From: a virus
Reading direction: 5' to 3' (one strand)
Virus genome (UHGV): UHGV-1369668
DNA length: 39,121 nt
Shown: positions 8,893-16,879 of the stretch, one piece after another
How positions within the stretch are numbered: the stretch's first letter is position 1
Layout: each line of letters opens with the position of its first letter
The notes under the pieces: model-generated
Database searches by the model: none
What the model was told of the DNA's origin: nothing
Seen by the model: the letters and a program-made list of their open reading frames with translations, nothing else
Translations under genes and position numbers: made by a program

Positions 8893-10433
8893 TTCTCAAT
8901 TAACCTAAGTTTATCCGCTTCGTTTGCATTTTTATAATCTTCATACATATCGCTAGTCCATTTTTTACGCCTACCATCTTTTATAATGTCCGGCGGTAAT
9001 GTCCAATAAACCGCAAAGTACCTAAACGAGTCAACACTGTGTGTCAGCTCATGCGGTTGCTTTGCATATTGATTAGGCTTGTTTTTATCTTGGAGTATTT
9101 TCTTCATACAGCGATAAAGGTTATTGCAAGTGCCTTTCAATATCGTAAAACGCGCTTGCTCACCCTCTGGTGCATAAAGCCATTCCTTCATTCGCATACA
9201 GCCATTAAACATGCTATTGTCAACTTTTGTCAGTGGTATACCATGCTCTTCAAATATAATGGCAGTGCTTTTTCCTGTAGTTGCTTGTCTGTTCCACAAA
9301 TCAGGCGGTGCTAAGTATGCAGTGATTTTTTCATCACCAACCAAATCCCTAAGAGTGTCGGCTGCTTGCATTGCATTTAAGTTAGGCTCATGAATTTCTC
9401 TGTATGCCTGTGCATGATAGTTTGCGTCAACCGCATAAAATATAGCTGCAAACATATCGAATCCATAATCAATAGATACATATCTGTTTACAGCTCCCTT
9501 TATAGGTATTTCGCTTATGTGCTGTTTCGAATTTATCTCCGGCAAGAATAATCCGCCCGCAACACTTAATGCCTCATCAATGCTTGCAGGATATTCTTGT
9601 TTTGTTTCTTCTACTCCTATCATCGCAACGGTTTCGTCATACCATTCCTTACTTCTTCGCGGATCGGCGAACCAAGGAATAAAAATCTTATTAAAGCCGT
9701 TGTCATTGTTGGTAAACATGTCTTCAAACAGTGAACCATGATTGTTTGTAGATAGACCTATGAATTTACCGCCTGTCGGTCTGTTTATTGTAGGTGCAGC
9801 CGATACCCAAATATCATCAGCCCATTGCTGATATGCCCACTCATCAAAAATAGCCAGGTCTGCCGTGAAAGAACGACACGCACCAGGCGATGACGGAAAA
9901 GCCTTAAATACACTGTCCTGACTTCCCGGGAAGTGAACTATTAGTTGTAACGATTGTCTCTCAAATGTGGGACCTGGCCACCCCTTGGCAGAATCGCTTT
10001 TATATTCGCGTATGAGGAATGTCATATTCTCATATTCAACACTTAATCTTCTTACTAACTCCTTCGCTTCGTCTTCTGTTCTTGATAATGCTATTGCCGT
10101 TCTACCGCTTCGCATGAGACATACCCATGAAGCATACGATATAACTAACCACGAAAACCCAAGCTGTCTTGCTTTTAGTATTATGTTTCGCCTATGCTCG
10201 TGAATCGACCTGAGTGCTTCCTTTTGCGCGTCCCACATAATAAAGGGTTGTATAAGTTCTTCTGCGTCCTTATCTTCAAATACGCAATAGTTCTCAACGT
10301 AGTATTCTATATCGTCTCTGCACTTCTCGATTTGCATATCGCGAGTAAGGGCTAAAATCTGTCCGTATGTGAGCGATTCAACTGCTTCCTCACTATCGAC
10401 CCCTCTGCTTTTTAAGTATTCTCCTATGTCCAT
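8874..10433 (-). CDS. terL: Terminase large subunit
   Basis: 519 aa with an ATPase-type DE in LAIFDEW and a C-terminal nuclease-like segment (IDYGFDMF...HSVDSFRY). The gene order terS-like / terL / portal fits. Confidence 0.8.
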   Translation of the reverse strand: MDIGEYLKSRGVDSEEAVESLTYGQILALTRDMQIEKCRDDIEYYVENYCVFEDKDAEELIQPFIMWDAQKEALRSIHEHRRNIILKARQLGFSWLVISYASWVCLMRSGRTAIALSRTEDEAKELVRRLSVEYENMTFLIREYKSDSAKGWPGPTFERQSLQLIVHFPGSQDSVFKAFPSSPGACRSFTADLAIFDEWAYQQWADDIWVSAAPTINRPTGGKFIGLSTNNHGSLFEDMFTNNDNGFNKIFIPWFADPRRSKEWYDETVAMIGVEETKQEYPASIDEALSVAGGLFLPEINSKQHISEIPIKGAVNRYVSIDYGFDMFAAIFYAVDANYHAQAYREIHEPNLNAMQAADTLRDLVGDEKITAYLAPPDLWNRQATTGKSTAIIFEEHGIPLTKVDNSMFNGCMRMKEWLYAPEGEQARFTILKGTCNNLYRCMKKILQDKNKPNQYAKQPHELTHSVDSFRYFAVYWTLPPDIIKDGRRKKWTSDMYEDYKNANEADKLRLIEKWGEPE

Positions 10434-10781
10434 TGTTCCCCTTTTTATATTTTTTTATAAATTTTTCGAGGGTGACTATCTATGAGGTTGCGCGCCCCCG
10501 GTGGGTGGTGGGGGGGTGGTACCCGTCCTCTGATCCGGCAGTAAGGTATGTATATATAATCTATTATAGAGACCCCCCTATAGAAATATTTTTATCCACC
10601 GGATTATTCTATATGTGTTGTCCGTTTGGGCTGTCGGCTTATAACTATTCGCTAAATAACTCTTTTGCGAATAATTGAAAAACTGCAAACCCTTGTAAAT
10701 ACGGCATTCTTCAAGATTCACCCTGTTGCTTCTCTGTTATGTAAACTATAACCGAATGTTTCACAGCATTATGTAAACTCA
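10434..10781. other. 348-bp noncoding spacer between the terS-like gene and terL, with a G-tract and palindromes
   Basis: Contains gcgcgcccccggtgggtggtgggggggtggtacccgtcc inside an AT-rich genome, the 11-bp palindrome TCTATTATAGA, and CTATAG / TCTATA repeats. The only ORF is a low-complexity, RBS-less one on the plus strand. Confidence 0.4.
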
Positions 10782-11453
10782 CTAACCGTTTTTCTTTCCT
10801 GTCGCTATAAGCCTCTTAAGCTGTGTTCGCATTACATCGAGTTTCTCCCGGTCCTTATCGGTCAGGCACATATCTTCAATCACCCTATCCTGGGGAGTAT
10901 CACCGTATGTATCTCTAACCAATATTGCTGCCTTTATGTCTCCCGCTAAAGCTACCTGGACCATTCTGCACCAGAGTATGTTATAAACACTGTAATCTCC
11001 GTCAGTTAAGACGATACCATCACCGAGTATCTCCTCGGCAGTCTTTGCTGATAGGTCTGAATTAAGTATATTTTTAAGGCATTCCTTCGCTTCCTTGCGT
11101 CTTTTGGTGTTCCTTTTTCGAACCTCGGCAGCCCTTCGCCCGTATTCAGCCCTAGTCTCCTCAGACCACTCTTTTATATTAACCCCTTTATTATATATAT
11201 TTTTATATCTTTCTCTGTACTCAGCAGGTACTTTATCAGGTGGGCAGTTTTTAGGTAGCTGACCGGTAATATCCGGTTGATTATCTGATGCATTATACAG
11301 TTCTTCATCTGATTCAGACTCACCAAGTAATAGCTCTTTTATGTCCTCGATCTGTTCATCTGGTTCTGTATTTATTTCTAAATCTTCTAGTTGCTCAATC
11401 GGTATCTCTTCAGGAGCTGTCTTAATAGCCTCATCAATTATCTCTCTTTTCAT
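10782..11453 (-). CDS. Putative terminase small subunit / DNA-packaging protein
   Basis: 223 aa from the MKREIIDE start (RBS AAAGGTGA), with an acidic N-terminus and a basic KRNTKRRKEAK patch. It is the first gene of the late operon, directly upstream of terL. No family motif recognised. Confidence 0.4.
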   Translation of the reverse strand: MKREIIDEAIKTAPEEIPIEQLEDLEINTEPDEQIEDIKELLLGESESDEELYNASDNQPDITGQLPKNCPPDKVPAEYRERYKNIYNKGVNIKEWSEETRAEYGRRAAEVRKRNTKRRKEAKECLKNILNSDLSAKTAEEILGDGIVLTDGDYSVYNILWCRMVQVALAGDIKAAILVRDTYGDTPQDRVIEDMCLTDKDREKLDVMRTQLKRLIATGKKNG

Positions 11454-11778
11454 GCTTGTCACCTTTCTACCCTTTTGTTTTTCTTCACCAGTACCATACA
11501 AAAAAGGCAACCACCTTATTTGGTGGCTACCTTCTTGTTAGGGGTACAATGGTGTTTTTAGCAATTAACCAATTTTATTAATAACATACTAAAAAAAAAA
11601 TATATATGGCTATTTGGGGAAGATTGCCCATTTTTTGCCCGTTTTTGCACGATTTGTTGAAACTGCACAAAAACTCATTTTGACTTTTGTGAACTTTTGC
11701 CACTTGCACTACTGGTATCCCAGTGTTAAGATAAAGGCACAACGAAGCACAAAACAACAAGTTGAAAGGAGCACGAAA

Positions 11779-12687
11779 ATGAAGAAAGATGTTTACGAAA
11801 TAGTTACAGAAAGATTTTTGGAGAAGCTTGAACAGGGCATTATCCCTTGGAAAAAACCTTGGAAAATGGTCGGCGGTGCTTTTCCGGCTTATCCTCTTGG
11901 AAGTAAAAAGCCATACGGATTTATTAACCAGATGTTACTCGATTTTGAGTATGGAGAGTTTGCTACTTTTGAAACTATCAAGAGAAACGGCGGCAAGGTT
12001 AAGAAGGGTGAAAAGTCAAGACTTATCGTTGGATGGATTCACACCACCGAAAAGATAAAGGATGAGAACGGCGAAACGGTCGTTGACGATGATGGCAATG
12101 AACAATATAAAGACAGATTCGCATTGAGATATTATCAGGTATTTAACGTATACACACAGGTTGAAGGGCTTAAGGACAACATCGATATAGAGGACGAGAC
12201 AAGCGCACTAATCGAGTCGGATTTTGTTCCTGGAGATGCTTATCAAATGGCAAATGATATTATCGTCAATTATACAGATAGAGAGCAAATCTCGTTCAAC
12301 AATGGCGATATATCAAACAGGGCTTATTATCTTCCTTCTGCTGATTCAATAACAGTCCCGAATATGTCCCAGTTCGAAGATGTTAACAAGTATTATAGTA
12401 CCGTTTTTCACGAGATGGTTCACTCAACAGGACATCAATCGAGGTTAGATAGAGAACTCGAAAAGAAGGCAGCTCACGGATCTAAGGAATATAGCCGAGA
12501 GGAGTTAGTCGCCGAAATCGGATCCGCCGCATTAATGAACATCTGCGGAATAGAGAACGAAGACACTTTCGAAAATTCGGCTGCTTATATTCAAAGTTGG
12601 TCGAAAGCTCTTAAGGACTCGCCCAAAATGATAGTATATGCTAGTGCTCAGGCACAAAAGGCAGTCGAGTATATTATCGAAAAATAG
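11779..12687 (+). CDS. ardC: ArdC-like antirestriction protein (ssDNA-binding N-domain plus HExxH metalloprotease domain)
   Basis: The N-terminal IPWKKPW...YYQVFNV motif region is typical of the ArdC-N/DUF1738 fold. A C-terminal HEMVHSTGH zincin motif is present. The RBS GAAAGGAG precedes ATG 11779; the track's N-terminal extension from 11614 lacks an RBS and is rejected. Confidence 0.7.
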   Translation: MKKDVYEIVTERFLEKLEQGIIPWKKPWKMVGGAFPAYPLGSKKPYGFINQMLLDFEYGEFATFETIKRNGGKVKKGEKSRLIVGWIHTTEKIKDENGETVVDDDGNEQYKDRFALRYYQVFNVYTQVEGLKDNIDIEDETSALIESDFVPGDAYQMANDIIVNYTDREQISFNNGDISNRAYYLPSADSITVPNMSQFEDVNKYYSTVFHEMVHSTGHQSRLDRELEKKAAHGSKEYSREELVAEIGSAALMNICGIENEDTFENSAAYIQSWSKALKDSPKMIVYASAQAQKAVEYIIEK

Positions 12688-12774
12688 TGACATCATCCCT
12701 TCCGGTAGGCGGTAAGACCGGCGAAACTTGAAGCAGGGAGAACCGAAAATAAACACAAGGAAAGGTAAAAAGAT

Positions 12775-12963
12775 ATGAAAGCACAGAACATGACAATCGA
12801 CATCAATAAATTAAATACTTATGAACTTGAACAGTTAAGAGCAATGTTTTTCAACCTGAACATGATGGACGAAGTAGGACAGATTAATGACAGAATCGCA
12901 TTTATAAATGGATGGATGAATGAAAAACAAGAAAAAGAATATGTTAATAAATATTGTGCATAA
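12775..12963 (+). CDS. Hypothetical protein (62 aa)
   Basis: Co-directional with ardC and preceded by AAAGGTAAAAAG before the ATG. No recognisable motif. Confidence 0.35.
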   Translation: MKAQNMTIDINKLNTYELEQLRAMFFNLNMMDEVGQINDRIAFINGWMNEKQEKEYVNKYCA

Positions 12964-13018
12964 GTAAAAACAATAAACCGAGCCACAGCGGTTACTGTGG
13001 CAGAAAGAGAGGTGTAAT

Positions 13019-13279
13019 ATGAAAAGTATAATATGGCACTATTCACTTACTTCTATCTATACAGAGTGTCCGTATTGCCATTCACAAAATAGTGAAAATG
13101 AACGTACAGGAGAATGTAAAAATTGTCACAATATAATGGATTTTGCTAATGAAGTTGTTAGGAAATCAAAAGACGTTTTAGAGTGTGAAAAGTTGGGTTT
13201 ACAAGGTGCTGTATATAAGAATGATAAGGGACAATGGGAGCAATGGGTAGACCCATACAGTGCAAAAATTTGCATTTAA
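13019..13279 (+). CDS. Zinc-ribbon protein (86 aa)
   Basis: CPYCHSQN...ECKNCHN gives a CPxCH...CxxCH pattern. RBS is GAGAGGTG. Confidence 0.4.
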   Translation: MKSIIWHYSLTSIYTECPYCHSQNSENERTGECKNCHNIMDFANEVVRKSKDVLECEKLGLQGAVYKNDKGQWEQWVDPYSAKICI

Positions 13280-13340
13280 TAACAATAACAGCAAAGCAAT
13301 AAAGATTCGGAAATAACAAGTATTATTTCAGGAGGGAACA

Positions 13341-13514
13341 ATGGTTAATAAAAAAGCGAAAAATGCGTATGATACAAAATATGTTGCAGAGCACTATGAT
13401 ATAATAACTTTTAAGCTCCCCAAGGGCTCAAAGGATAAACTTAAGGCATCGGCAGAAGCCCAGGGAGTCACTCTGACAGACCTACTAAGGAAATCAGTAA
13501 ATAAATATCTATAA
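13341..13514 (+). CDS. Ribbon-helix-helix (Arc/CopG-like) DNA-binding protein (57 aa)
   Basis: MVNKKAKNAYDTKYVAEHYDIITFKLPKGSKDKLKASAEAQGVTLTDLLRKSVNKYL, with RBS GGAGGG. It is below the 60-aa cut-off of the ORF track. Confidence 0.45.
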   Translation: MVNKKAKNAYDTKYVAEHYDIITFKLPKGSKDKLKASAEAQGVTLTDLLRKSVNKYL

Positions 13515-13517
13515 ATA

Positions 13518-13552
13518 AAAAGCATCCACCTTACCTAGTGGGTGCTTTTATT
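13518..13552. terminator. Bidirectional rho-independent terminator between convergent genes
   Basis: Stem GCATCCAC/GTGGGTGC of 8 bp with an 8-nt loop, followed by TTTTATT. It lies between the RHH stop (13514) and the late-regulator stop (13555). Confidence 0.55.
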
Positions 13553-13554
13553 AA

Positions 13555-13965
13555 TTACAGTTTTATTTTTTTTATAGTCCTTTGAATAATCCTGTGAATA
13601 CTTTGGTCTTCCTTCCCATAAAGCACCGCGATTTTATGCACCCCAACACCTTCAATAAACCTCAGGGACATAATTTCGCGTTTTCGACTGTCCTTGATTC
13701 CTTCGATAGCTTCCGTCACGAGATATTTATTAGCTTCGCTCAGTTTCTTAAGTCTATCGATTTCTTGACGGATTTCCGCGCACATTATGGCACACTTCTC
13801 AACCCGTGAGCTTATGTCATTATTCGATATAGTCACGGGCGATATTTTTTGAGTGATGCTCGTTGCTATAGTCTCCCAACCTTCAAGCTCAAGCTCTAAC
13901 CGCCATATCTCGTGATTTATTGACTTGTATTCATTTAGAATTTTTCTTTTTTGCTCATAATTCAT
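13555..13965 (-). CDS. ArpU/RinA-like late-gene transcriptional activator (sigma region-4-like HTH)
   Basis: 136 aa. The C-terminal REIMSLRFIEGVGVHKIAVLYGKEDQSIHRIIQRTIKKI matches the sigma-70 r4 / ArpU pattern. Its position upstream of the packaging genes is typical for Firmicutes phages. Confidence 0.55.
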   Translation of the reverse strand: MNYEQKRKILNEYKSINHEIWRLELELEGWETIATSITQKISPVTISNNDISSRVEKCAIMCAEIRQEIDRLKKLSEANKYLVTEAIEGIKDSRKREIMSLRFIEGVGVHKIAVLYGKEDQSIHRIIQRTIKKIKL

Positions 13966-14376
13966 TATATGACACCTATAATATTATATTATGTTTATAT
14001 TTTATCGCACTGTTTAGAATTTTCAATAAAAGTCCGGCTGCACACTTCCAGGCAAGTACCAAAATAGGCTGGTCTATGTTGGCATATAATAATATTACTT
14101 GTGTTATTTATTATATAATCTTCGCTTCTCCGCATATCCCTCTCCGCCTCGTTTTTTATTTTCCCGTTTTTCTTCATCATTTTTACCTTTTTTCTAAATC
14201 TTGCTTTTATCGTTCAAGTTATATTATCTCTTTAGCACATTATGCCCATTTTGCCTAGTTTTTGCCCCCCATTTTCGTGTTTTAACCTCATAATGGTATA
14301 TTTATATGCCAAGCAATTGAAAGCTGATTATATGGCAAAATTTGCACATTTACTAAAGTTCAGTTTACCTGACTAA

Positions 14377-14580
14377 CTACAACACAAATATCTTATCTCT
14401 TTCATATTCTTCTTCAGAATAATGTTCACACTTATTCGCTCTGCTTCTATGAACATCCTGTCCAACTTGAATATGATGCATTGTGCCATCTCGCATTTCA
14501 TCATAGGAATAATGGCAAGTACACATAAATCCTCTTATAAAGTCGCAATTAACACAATTCTTGCAATCTCTACCAGTCAT
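14377..14580 (-). CDS. Cys/His-rich small protein, paralog 1 (CKNCVNC...CTCH)
   Basis: 67 aa, about 88% identical in DNA to 15967-16176. The CxxCxxC plus CxCH metal-binding pattern is present. Confidence 0.45.
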   Translation of the reverse strand: MTGRDCKNCVNCDFIRGFMCTCHYSYDEMRDGTMHHIQVGQDVHRSRANKCEHYSEEEYERDKIFVL

Positions 14581-14764
14581 AATCTATCCTCTTACCTTTA
14601 ATCTGATTAAGCATAATTTCTGCTACTTCAGGAAGTCTTAAAGATTCCATACAACCATTGTGTAAACCACTTTCTTCATTCCACTTACGAATAGGGCACT
14701 TTTTACAAAGTGTAGAAGTACAAAACTCACCAATCTGTCTTATTGTTAATTCTTTATTGCTCAT
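14570..14764 (-). CDS. Small Cys-rich protein (64 aa)
   Basis: CTSTLCKKCP...HNGC. Overlapping stop/start coupling within the operon. Confidence 0.4.
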   Translation of the reverse strand: MSNKELTIRQIGEFCTSTLCKKCPIRKWNEESGLHNGCMESLRLPEVAEIMLNQIKGKRIDYDW

Positions 14765-14811
14765 ATCTATCCTTTCTCCGCTAAAGTCTTATTTCAATAT
14801 GATTTCCTTTA

Positions 14812-15024
14812 TTAGTCTGCTGCCTTAAATAACTTATTAAATGGACAACTAATGCAAGGTGAATCCTCATCATTGATTAGCCAATCTTCATCCTTGCCTT
14901 CAGGAATAGGCATATTGGGGTACTTGCAATATCCATCACAGATTTCTTGATTTACTTCACAAATAATATCCATTAATTTCATACTTTTATCAATTACTTC
15001 ATCAATAATCCCCATTGCTACCAT
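14812..15024 (-). CDS. Small Cys-rich protein (70 aa)
   Basis: CEVNQEICDGYC...PCISCP pattern. Confidence 0.4.
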   Translation of the reverse strand: MVAMGIIDEVIDKSMKLMDIICEVNQEICDGYCKYPNMPIPEGKDEDWLINDEDSPCISCPFNKLFKAAD

Positions 15025-15034
15025 ACTTTCTACC

Positions 15035-15235
15035 TCACATTTCTACTGGTTCCCATTCATCATATTTGCAGCCATGAAGAACCGCTCCAAATAACCTTTC
15101 AAGCATATCCACCTGGGATGGGCACCAGTTTTCTTCTGCCATTGCTCCACACTGATTTATGAACTCACCGACTAATCCCGACATTTTATCTATTAAATCA
15201 TTCTCATTCATACATTCTCCTTTACAAAGAACCAC
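15035..15235 (-). CDS. Small Cys-rich protein (66 aa)
   Basis: CKGEC...CGAM...WCP...HGC. Confidence 0.35.
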   Translation of the reverse strand: MVLCKGECMNENDLIDKMSGLVGEFINQCGAMAEENWCPSQVDMLERLFGAVLHGCKYDEWEPVEM

Positions 15236-15423
15236 TTAGGCTCCTGCTTCTTGATATCAACTACAACTAACCACAATCCCTTTTTACCATCCTTATCACA
15301 CAGGAAATCAGTATCAATCCCTTCATTGCCCAGTTCCATTGATATACTGACCATTTCATCCTTATCACTGCATTTGATAGTATCTCCTGCCTTAAGAACA
15401 GGCTCTTTTCTTTTGTCTCTCAT
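15208..15423 (-). CDS. Hypothetical small protein (71 aa)
   Basis: Coupled ORF within the early operon. Confidence 0.35.
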   Translation of the reverse strand: MRDKRKEPVLKAGDTIKCSDKDEMVSISMELGNEGIDTDFLCDKDGKKGLWLVVVDIKKQEPKWFFVKENV

Positions 15424-15507
15424 ATCTCACTCCATAAAATCGCTTATATTCATCTGACTGGGGATCTGATCACCGTCATTGGCTTCCTGTTTCAGATCAT
15501 CCGTAAT

Positions 15508-15708
15508 TTAATCGCTCTTCAGTTTATCCACTTTCTTTTTTTCTGGAACAAGGATTATCCTGTTCAAATCGTATCTGCTATTAAGTAACTTATCTCGAAT
15601 CTCATTCCACTGTTTTCTGAAATACATTCTATACAAAATATCATCCATTATCTCTCCTATCCAACCATCGCAAGCGCGGTCTGTTCTTATCTTGTCATTC
15701 TTCCTCAC
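15508..15708 (-). CDS. Hypothetical small protein (66 aa)
   Basis: Coupled ORF within the early operon. Confidence 0.3.
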   Translation of the reverse strand: MRKNDKIRTDRACDGWIGEIMDDILYRMYFRKQWNEIRDKLLNSRYDLNRIILVPEKKKVDKLKSD

Positions 15709-15943
15709 TCCAATCCAATTTTTGACCGCAATTCTGACAGTAATTGTGGCTTACTTTAACGAAATCATTACAATACGGGCAAATATACATTATATATCTG
15801 TTATCTATTTTAGGCTTCTTCGGTATCTGCTTTTCAAGTGCCTTGATTGCCATTTCTAATGTATCTTTTGATATGCAACCATATCCTGTGCCTTTTGCTT
15901 CATAGGCAAGTTTTAATTCAATTATTGCTTCACTCTCTGTCAT
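15695..15943 (-). CDS. Zinc-ribbon protein, MTESEA...KQIPKKP...CPxC...CxxCGQKLDWSE family, copy 1
   Basis: 82 aa. Shares its N-terminal, central and C-terminal motifs with 19546-19797 and 19216-19521. Confidence 0.5.
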   Translation of the reverse strand: MTESEAIIELKLAYEAKGTGYGCISKDTLEMAIKALEKQIPKKPKIDNRYIMYICPYCNDFVKVSHNYCQNCGQKLDWSEEE

Positions 15944-15966
15944 TCTCCGTCGCTCCTTTTTATATT

Positions 15967-16176
15967 CTAAAACACAAATATTTTGTCTCTCTCATATTCT
16001 TCTTCAGAATAATGTTTACACTTATTTGCTCTGCTTCTATGAACATCTTGCCCTACTTGTATATGGTACATTTTGCCATCTTGCATTTCGTCATATGAAT
16101 AATGACAAGTACACATAAAACCTCTTGTGAAGTCGCAATTAACACAATTCTTACAATCTCTACCTTTGTTGCTCAT
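15967..16176 (-). CDS. Cys/His-rich small protein, paralog 2
   Basis: 69 aa, near-identical to 14377-14580. RBS is AAGGAGTGA. Confidence 0.45.
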   Translation of the reverse strand: MSNKGRDCKNCVNCDFTRGFMCTCHYSYDEMQDGKMYHIQVGQDVHRSRANKCKHYSEEEYERDKIFVF

Positions 16177-16183
16177 TTCTCAG

Positions 16184-16321
16184 TCACTCCTTTACTTTGC
16201 ATTTATGCCCTAAACTCGGCTTGAAAAATAATCCGCATTTTTCACATTTGCAAACCGTTGTCTGTTGCCATATATGGCTATTAAACCAAGCCTTTGTTGC
16301 TCTATCATAGACTTCGCTCAT
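16184..16321 (-). CDS. Small zinc-binding protein (45 aa, not in ORF track)
   Basis: MSEVYDRATKAWFNSHIWQQTTVCKCEKCGLFFKPSLGHKCKVKE. The ATG overlaps the upstream stop in a TGATATG arrangement. Confidence 0.3.
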   Translation of the reverse strand: MSEVYDRATKAWFNSHIWQQTTVCKCEKCGLFFKPSLGHKCKVKE

Positions 16322-16322
16322 A

Positions 16323-16745
16323 TCATTCACTCTCCATTTCCTTTAACTTTTGCCCAGCTTCGGCTTGCGTGAGGAATACGGTTTTGCCAAAGTTTTTGAA
16401 ATTCAGCCTAATTCCCTCATAATTGCAAACAAATTGTTGTAATGGTCTTATATCAAACGAATAAACAACAAATTTATTAATTTCATTATCTTCAATGTAA
16501 TATACTGTAGCTCCAATCTTGCAAGGCAACCTCAACAGCAAGCCTTGCTCCTCCAAGTCCTTATACTCTTTGTACGGTTCTAACTCTGCAACAAGCTTTT
16601 TTATACACCTTAAAGCTCTACGCACTACACAATGGCTTTCAGGCGGTTCGCTTTTTCTATCTTCTTTGTCGAATAACTCCTTTACTTCTTTTTTCAAAAA
16701 AGTGTATTCTTCTTCAAATGTCATTTCTCTTGTTAATCTCTCCAT
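16323..16745 (-). CDS. Hypothetical protein (140 aa)
   Basis: The C-terminus ...TQAEAGQKLKEMESE is encoded by the conserved junction element that also occurs at 18148-18185 and 19098-19157. Confidence 0.45.
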   Translation of the reverse strand: MERLTREMTFEEEYTFLKKEVKELFDKEDRKSEPPESHCVVRRALRCIKKLVAELEPYKEYKDLEEQGLLLRLPCKIGATVYYIEDNEINKFVVYSFDIRPLQQFVCNYEGIRLNFKNFGKTVFLTQAEAGQKLKEMESE

Positions 16746-16758
16746 ATCACTCCATCTC

Positions 16759-16875
16759 CTAAAGGTCAGATTCTTCTAGTTCCTTCATGCATCTGTTATA
16801 TTCTTCTCGCTCAATATCGTCTAACATTTCCCACCATTCAGAAAAATCAAGTTCCTCAATCTCTTCATTTTCCAT
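16759..16875 (-). CDS. Small acidic protein (38 aa, not in ORF track)
   Basis: MENEEIEELDFSEWWEMLDDIEREEYNRCMKELEESDL, with RBS GGAGTG. It fills the gap between 16745 and 16880. Confidence 0.3.
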   Translation of the reverse strand: MENEEIEELDFSEWWEMLDDIEREEYNRCMKELEESDL

Positions 16876-16879
16876 TTTG

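Noticed and set aside
10433-10678. Plus-strand 81-aa ORF in the terS-terL spacer
   Set aside because: It is a low-complexity product of the G/C tract (WVVGGWYPSS...), has no RBS, and lies on the strand opposite to all flanking genes. The region is treated as noncoding and structured.
11614-11778. N-terminal 55-aa extension of the ArdC-like ORF (track start 11614)
   Set aside because: No SD precedes it. The internal ATG at 11779 has GAAAGGAG upstream, and the extension overlaps the predicted promoter.
13920-14258. ORFs 13920-14258 (+) and 13995-14180 (-) in the AT-rich block
   Set aside because: No RBS, low-complexity AT-driven composition, and overlap with a repeat- and promoter-like region.
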